From contig OZ255626.1 in assembly GCA_965276775.1 (NCBI GenBank), forward strand, positions 815,585-879,584: a DNA stretch of 64,000 nucleotides, written 5' to 3'. This DNA comes from Acidobacteriaceae bacterium (GTDB taxonomy: Bacteria > Acidobacteriota > Terriglobia > Terriglobales > Acidobacteriaceae). This document shows positions 57,799 to 64,000 of this stretch, one piece after another. The translations under genes and the position numbers were made by a program. The notes under the pieces are model-generated. The model was given only the letters and a program-made list of their open reading frames with translations, was not told the origin of the DNA and ran no database searches. The stretch's first letter is position 1. Each line of letters begins with the position of its first letter.

Positions 57799-60249
57799 AT
57801 GCAGCGGTTTTTCACCCTGGCAGCTTTGCTTTTGTTCGCACTTCCGGTCGGCCTTTCCGTTACCGGCTGCACCACCAACGTGGGCGCCTTCTGCAACAAC
57901 GCGGGGTACGGCCCCAGAACGACTGATATTTTCGCGGTCCGGCTGCCGCCCGCGCAGTCAGCCACCGGCATCTCGCTCGCATACGGGCAGATCGGCCAGG
58001 TCGGCACCGCGACCGCGACCAGCTGCAAGGGCAACACCCTTAGCACTGGCGCCGCGACCTACGGCAGCAGCAACCTGCAGCTGGTCGATATCAGCCCCAC
58101 CGGCGCCATCTGCGCGGGCACCTGGAACCGTCTGAGCCCTGGCGGCATTCCCGACTTCACCATCTGCACACCGCCGCCCGCGCCCGGCACGGTCAGCGTA
58201 ACGGCCAGCATCGGCGGCGTGACCAGCAATCCGGTCACAATCTACGTCCATCCGCAGATATCGGCGATCAACATCGCCACGCCGACTCAGTGTTACTCCT
58301 CTCTGACGAATGGGCCGAACCTGGTCGGCCAGACCTCCGTCTTCGGCCCCGATGGCGCGCCCATCCCGGCCGGCACCGCACCTGGGGTGGCGAACCAGGT
58401 GGGCACCATCACCTACACGCCGAACACCCCGTCCATCGTCACCGTCAACAACACCAGCGTGAACGCGGCGACGAATATTTCGCTCGGCATCAATGGCACC
58501 ACGGTCGCCAACCAGCCCGGCGGCACGGTCATTACGGCAACCATCGCCGGCACCGGTTCGCAGTCGGTCGGCACCAGCTCCGCGGCCGGCTACTTTTACA
58601 CCTGCCCGCCCAAGAGCATCAGTCTGACACTGCCCAGCAGCGCCAATCCCGGTTCGCCCAGCAGCACAGCCGCCACCATCACGGGCGGCAGCCCGCAGAC
58701 GCTCACCTCGCTGATTACCGACGCCAACGGCACAGCGATCACCCCGACCGCCGGCTCCGGGCCGGACTTCACCTCGACCCAGCCCCAGCAGGTCACGGTC
58801 GACGGGACCGGGCTGGTCAGCAGCAACCTGCCCGGACGCGCCACCATCACCGGCATCTGCCAGCCGGGCACCGCAACCTCCTCGACCACCTCGGCGTCCA
58901 GCAGCAGCACCTCCACCGGGCTCAGCTGCAACCCAACCCCGCTGAACAAGCTCGGCGTTTTCGGCACCGGGCTGCCCATCGTGGCCAACCCCATCGTCGT
59001 CACCTCGCCCGGCATCAACAGCACCCTGCTGTGGGCCGCTTCGCCCGACTCGCAGCAGTTCACCCCGTTCGACCTGAGCCTGGGCACCAGCGGTACGCCC
59101 ATTCTGCTGCCGTACCCACCCAACTCCATGGTTCTGGACCCGACCGGCGCCAGCCTCTACTTCGGCTCGTACCGTGAGCTCATGATCTACAGCGCGACCA
59201 CGAGTTCGTTCGCCGCGCAGGACACCACGGTGCCGGGCGTGGTGCTGGCCGTCTCCCCGTCCAACAACCAGGTCGTCATCGCCGACCAGCTGCGCCAGGT
59301 CATTTACCTGTACACGCCCGCCACCAGCACCACCAGCGCGACCGGCCAGAGCTCGACCACCAACTCGTCCGTCGTCAGCACCGGCGGGCTGGGCACCCAC
59401 GCCGTCTACTCGCAAGACGGCAAGAACATCTATGTCGTCGGGCCCACCACGCTTTACGTGCACAACATCGTGAGCGGCTGGAGCCAGTACCCGCTTACGA
59501 ATGCAAACGCCACCAGCAGCTGCAAGCTCGACAACACCGGCAGCACGCCTTTCTGCTCGCCGGACGTGGCCATCACGGTTCCCTCCGTGGCCGCCTTTGT
59601 CAGCGGCAACCCGGTCACCGCCCGCTCCTTCTGCCCGGACACCACGACCACTCCGGTGACCTACAATCCACTCGCGGCCACCGTCACCGGCAACGCGGCC
59701 GATCACATCGCCGCAGCCACCGACGGCACCCACATCTTCGGCGCCAACACCACGCAGGTCTTCGATATCGAGCCCGGCGGCGGCAGCACCACCAACCTAG
59801 TCGCGCCAGTCGGCCCCTGCCCCGGCGTGCAAACCCCAGCCGGACCGCTCACCATCGACACCACACTGCGGCAGCTGGCCCTCACCAACATCACGCCCAC
59901 CCAGATCGACCAGGTGCTGGCCTCGCCCGACTCCTCCCGGGCCTTCATCACCTACACGGCATCCGCGGCCTCCGGGCTGCTGCCGCTCTACACTCCGTCC
60001 GCGACCCCGGACGCCGTCGGCACGCTCCAGAACGTGCAGCTTGCCGCCGGCGCTCTCGCTCCCATTGCCGGGGTCTTCAGCCCCGACTCATCCAGCTTTT
60101 TCGTCAGCACCACCGGCGACAACCTGATCCACATCCTCAACACCACTACGCTTCAGGACGGCCAGCAGCTCAACCCGCAGCTGACCAATTCCACTGGCCA
60201 ACCGGTGCCGGCGCAGTTCCTGGTCAGCAAGCCGAGGCCGACCGTGTAA
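57799..60249 (+). CDS. large Thr/Ser-rich lipoprotein with bacterial Ig-like (Big_2-type) domains and probable C-terminal beta-propeller
   Basis: Lipobox LSVTGC follows MQRFFTLAALLLFALPVG. VSVTASIGGVTSNPVTIYV is Big_2-like. A GGGGAGG SD is present. Confidence 0.6.
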   Translation: MQRFFTLAALLLFALPVGLSVTGCTTNVGAFCNNAGYGPRTTDIFAVRLPPAQSATGISLAYGQIGQVGTATATSCKGNTLSTGAATYGSSNLQLVDISPTGAICAGTWNRLSPGGIPDFTICTPPPAPGTVSVTASIGGVTSNPVTIYVHPQISAINIATPTQCYSSLTNGPNLVGQTSVFGPDGAPIPAGTAPGVANQVGTITYTPNTPSIVTVNNTSVNAATNISLGINGTTVANQPGGTVITATIAGTGSQSVGTSSAAGYFYTCPPKSISLTLPSSANPGSPSSTAATITGGSPQTLTSLITDANGTAITPTAGSGPDFTSTQPQQVTVDGTGLVSSNLPGRATITGICQPGTATSSTTSASSSSTSTGLSCNPTPLNKLGVFGTGLPIVANPIVVTSPGINSTLLWAASPDSQQFTPFDLSLGTSGTPILLPYPPNSMVLDPTGASLYFGSYRELMIYSATTSSFAAQDTTVPGVVLAVSPSNNQVVIADQLRQVIYLYTPATSTTSATGQSSTTNSSVVSTGGLGTHAVYSQDGKNIYVVGPTTLYVHNIVSGWSQYPLTNANATSSCKLDNTGSTPFCSPDVAITVPSVAAFVSGNPVTARSFCPDTTTTPVTYNPLAATVTGNAADHIAAATDGTHIFGANTTQVFDIEPGGGSTTNLVAPVGPCPGVQTPAGPLTIDTTLRQLALTNITPTQIDQVLASPDSSRAFITYTASAASGLLPLYTPSATPDAVGTLQNVQLAAGALAPIAGVFSPDSSSFFVSTTGDNLIHILNTTTLQDGQQLNPQLTNSTGQPVPAQFLVSKPRPTV

Positions 60250-60268
60250 GCAACGGTTTCACTCCCTC

Positions 60269-60300
60269 GAAAGCCCGCCACACGCGGGCTTTCTCTTTTG
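60269..60300 (+). terminator. rho-independent terminator
   Basis: gaaagcccgc-cacac-gcgggctttc followed by tcttttg. Confidence 0.8.
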
Positions 60301-60368
60301 CCAGTCCAGCCAACGAAGGCCGGAGGACCGCGCATCCCAGAGGAGAAGACAAGGCGAAGGAGCAGAGC

Positions 60369-60755
60369 ATGGAAGAGCTGAAAAAGAATGGAATGATGGC
60401 GCACCTGATCGCGGCGCTGGAGGAGGGCAAGGACATCGGCCACTACGGCCGGCTGGTATTTGCCATGGTGGCGCGCCACTTTTTAGGCGAGCAGGAGTTG
60501 CTGGCCATGCTGACCAGGGATCATGACTTTTCGGAAGCGCAGGCGAAGCTGCTGGTCCGCCAGGTGGAAGGCAAGGATTACAACCCGCCCAAACGCGACA
60601 GGATCCTGGCCTGGCAGAAGGAGCAGGAGTTCCCCATCTGCCCCAACCCGGAAGACCCGGACAGCTGCAACGTGTACAAGGATCTCAACTTTCCCGACCA
60701 CGTCTACGAGCACATCCAGAACTATGTCGAGCAGAAAGCGGGGAGCGGTTCCTGA
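60369..60755 (+). CDS. hypothetical 128-aa protein
   Basis: A GAAGGAG SD precedes MEELKKNGMMAHLIAALEEGKDIGHYGRLVFAMVARHFLG...DYNPPKRDRILAWQKEQEFPICPNPEDPDSCNVY. I do not recognise a family. Confidence 0.55.
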   Translation: MEELKKNGMMAHLIAALEEGKDIGHYGRLVFAMVARHFLGEQELLAMLTRDHDFSEAQAKLLVRQVEGKDYNPPKRDRILAWQKEQEFPICPNPEDPDSCNVYKDLNFPDHVYEHIQNYVEQKAGSGS

Positions 60756-60843
60756 GGCAATCCCAGACCGACGTCGGCTCGCGCGGTTCAGACACTCCAG
60801 TACCGTTGCGCAATCCAGTTACTGCCGCTAAGCTCGCCTCAAC

Positions 60844-61311
60844 ATGGCTATCTTCTCCAATCGCCTGCGAGCCGCCGCGTGGCAAACCAGCTTGGCGCTG
60901 CTCGACAGACTGCCCGCTAGACGACGCCGTTCCGCCCGGCACCTAGAAACCGGCAGGGCCGGCGAAGAGGCCGCATTCTTCTATCTGCGTCGCGCTGGTT
61001 TTATCGTGATCGCGCATGACTGGCAGTCCGGCCGCGCCCCCGGCGATCTCGACCTGGTGGCCTGGGAAGGCGGCGTGCTGTGCTTTGTCGAGGTAAAAAC
61101 CCGCTCCAGCCGCGATGTTGCCACCGCGGAAGCCGCGGTTGACCAAGGCAAGCGGCGGAGTTTGCGACGACTGGCTACCCACTATCTGCGCCAGATGCCA
61201 GACGACACGCAGACGCGCTTCGATGTGCTTTCCGTTTACCTGCAGCCCGGCAAGCCCGCCCGCCAGGCCGAGTTCGAGCTGTACCGCAACAATTTTGGAT
61301 GGCAGGAGTAA
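60844..61311 (+). CDS. yraN: YraN-family (UPF0102) predicted endonuclease
   Basis: GRAGEEAAFFYLRRAGFIVIAHDWQSGRAPGDLDLVAWEGGVLCFVEVKTR. Confidence 0.85.
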   Translation: MAIFSNRLRAAAWQTSLALLDRLPARRRRSARHLETGRAGEEAAFFYLRRAGFIVIAHDWQSGRAPGDLDLVAWEGGVLCFVEVKTRSSRDVATAEAAVDQGKRRSLRRLATHYLRQMPDDTQTRFDVLSVYLQPGKPARQAEFELYRNNFGWQE

Positions 61312-61314
61312 CGC

Positions 61315-61533
61315 CTACCGGTGCGCGTCCTGCCACTCCTCGTACCAGGCCATCTGGATCGCCTCCAGCTTCGCCTCATTCGACTTAGCCGGGTCGTCCG
61401 CGAAGCCATCCAGCCCGACCACGTGCTGGTGCAGTTCGGTAAAACGAACCTTCAACGGATCCAGCTCGGGAAATTTCTCCTGCAGCTGAATGCCGATCTC
61501 CTCGGCATCGGCCCACGTCATCTCCTGCGGCAT
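61315..61533 (-). CDS. iscX: Fe-S cluster assembly protein IscX
   Basis: MTWADAEEIGIQLQEKFPELDPLKVRFTELHQHVVGLDGFADDPAKSNEAKLEAIQMAW aligns by eye with E. coli YfhJ; the gene follows fdx. Confidence 0.85.
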   Translation of the reverse strand: MPQEMTWADAEEIGIQLQEKFPELDPLKVRFTELHQHVVGLDGFADDPAKSNEAKLEAIQMAWYEEWQDAHR

Positions 61534-61544
61534 CGCGGTCTCCT

Positions 61545-61988
61545 CTACTTGCTCTCGCCCTGCGTCGCGCCCATCGCGAGCGGTTTGCCTTCCGACACAT
61601 AGTTCTTATTCCAGTCTGGAATCTCAACCACATAGCTGCCTGGCCGCTCGATGACAGCCTGGCAGCCCAGGCGCGAGTTCAACTGCAGGCCCGGCGCCTT
61701 CTCCATGCGGTCCATCTCGTCCTCGGTTGGCTCGTTCAGCCCCGCTTCTCCCTGCTTGATATGCACGTGGCATGTGGTGCAGGCGCACACGCCGCCGCAG
61801 GCATGGTCCAGGAAGACGTTATAATTCTCGGCCACGTCCAGGAACGACATGGGCAGGCCGTGATGGTCATACGGCATCGTGCCGAAGGGAAACTCGACCG
61901 TGCGGCCTTCCGGCTGAAAGGTGACGCGCACCATGTTCTCCGCCGGAGGCTGGCTCAGGTCGATTGGCTTCTGTTCCTGCTCGTTCAT
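61545..61988 (-). CDS. fdx: ISC-type [2Fe-2S] ferredoxin
   Basis: LDHACGGVCACTTCHVHIKQG...SRLGCQAVI. The start is ambiguous between ATG 61988, GTG 62012 and a later MVRVTF. Confidence 0.85.
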   Translation of the reverse strand: MNEQEQKPIDLSQPPAENMVRVTFQPEGRTVEFPFGTMPYDHHGLPMSFLDVAENYNVFLDHACGGVCACTTCHVHIKQGEAGLNEPTEDEMDRMEKAPGLQLNSRLGCQAVIERPGSYVVEIPDWNKNYVSEGKPLAMGATQGESK

Positions 61989-62008
61989 TCCGTCACTCTC
62001 GCTCAAAC

Positions 62009-62323
62009 TCACTGTGTTTTCTCGCGTTTGAGTTCTTCGTTTTCCCGCGTGACCTGCTCGAGCTTGCCGCTTGTTTCCGAAAGCTTCAACAGCAGCACAA
62101 TCTTCTCTTCAGAGTTCTTGATCTCCCGTAGAAGGCGTGTTTCCATCTCGCGCTGACTGTCGGCCTGCGCTTTCAGTCCGTCGCGAAGGCTTTCTGAGAA
62201 AGCCTTCTGGTTTTCGGAAAGCGCCCTTAGATTCGCGGCAATTTCGCGCAATTCTGGCGCAAGAAAATCCTGAAGCACCTTCCGGAAATCGCCAAGAATC
62301 GACATTTTTTCACTCGCGCTCAT
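62009..62323 (-). CDS. hypothetical 104-aa coiled-coil protein inserted between hscA and fdx
   Basis: MSASEKMSILGDFRKVLQDFLAPELREIAANLRALSENQKAF...EMETRLLREIKNSEEKI...ENEELKREKTQ. Its GC is visibly lower than that of hscA. It starts 9 nt after the hscA stop, and its own stop abuts the fdx start region. Confidence 0.5.
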   Translation of the reverse strand: MSASEKMSILGDFRKVLQDFLAPELREIAANLRALSENQKAFSESLRDGLKAQADSQREMETRLLREIKNSEEKIVLLLKLSETSGKLEQVTRENEELKREKTQ

Positions 62324-62332
62324 GCCCGTATC

Positions 62333-64000
<1,668 letters not shown>

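Overview
High-GC bacterial chromosomal window. The repeat families and protein repertoire look Acidobacteria-like, but that is inference only. I support about 62 protein genes by reading the six-frame track and the DNA. I found no rRNA, tRNA, CRISPR array, transposase or integrase. The layout runs as follows. (1) 1-2.3 kb holds an accessory patch: an antitoxin-like ORF, a truncated PIN-like or tmRNA-5'-like scar, a DNA methyltransferase fused to an Mrr-like nuclease domain, and a cluster of REP-like repeats. (2) 2.3-31.5 kb holds mixed metabolic and signalling genes. These are an FNT channel, a PNPOx-like protein, an unusual acyl-AMP ligase-ACP-acyltransferase fusion, and a bacteriophytochrome operon (bphP, a receiver, and a REC-PAS histidine kinase). 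They continue with recQ, nrdAB, a 1319-aa GH13-like protein, a GH5 glycanase, a BrnTA module with a frameshifted toxin, guaB, and a propeller-GGDEF cyclase. (3) 31.8-54.8 kb holds the complete str-S10-spc-alpha ribosomal superoperon on the minus strand, in canonical order from rpsL to rplQ. Its intergenic spacers are unusually long and repeat-laden, and one extra small coiled-coil gene sits between rpsC and rplP. (4) 55.4-64 kb holds an S9 peptidase, a large Ig-like lipoprotein, yraN, and the tail of the isc operon (hscA, fdx, iscX), with a second small coiled-coil gene inserted between hscA and fdx. The observations I rate highest are the two small coiled-coil ORFs embedded in otherwise invariant housekeeping operons, the ligase-ACP-acyltransferase fusion, the scar at nt 207-294, several intergenic repeat families (one bracketing rpsD as an inverted pair), and a 13-bp x6 tandem repeat upstream of the diguanylate cyclase. 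All function calls rest on motifs I recognise by eye and on synteny. No database search was run, and start codons are chosen by N-terminal conservation and Shine-Dalgarno spacing.
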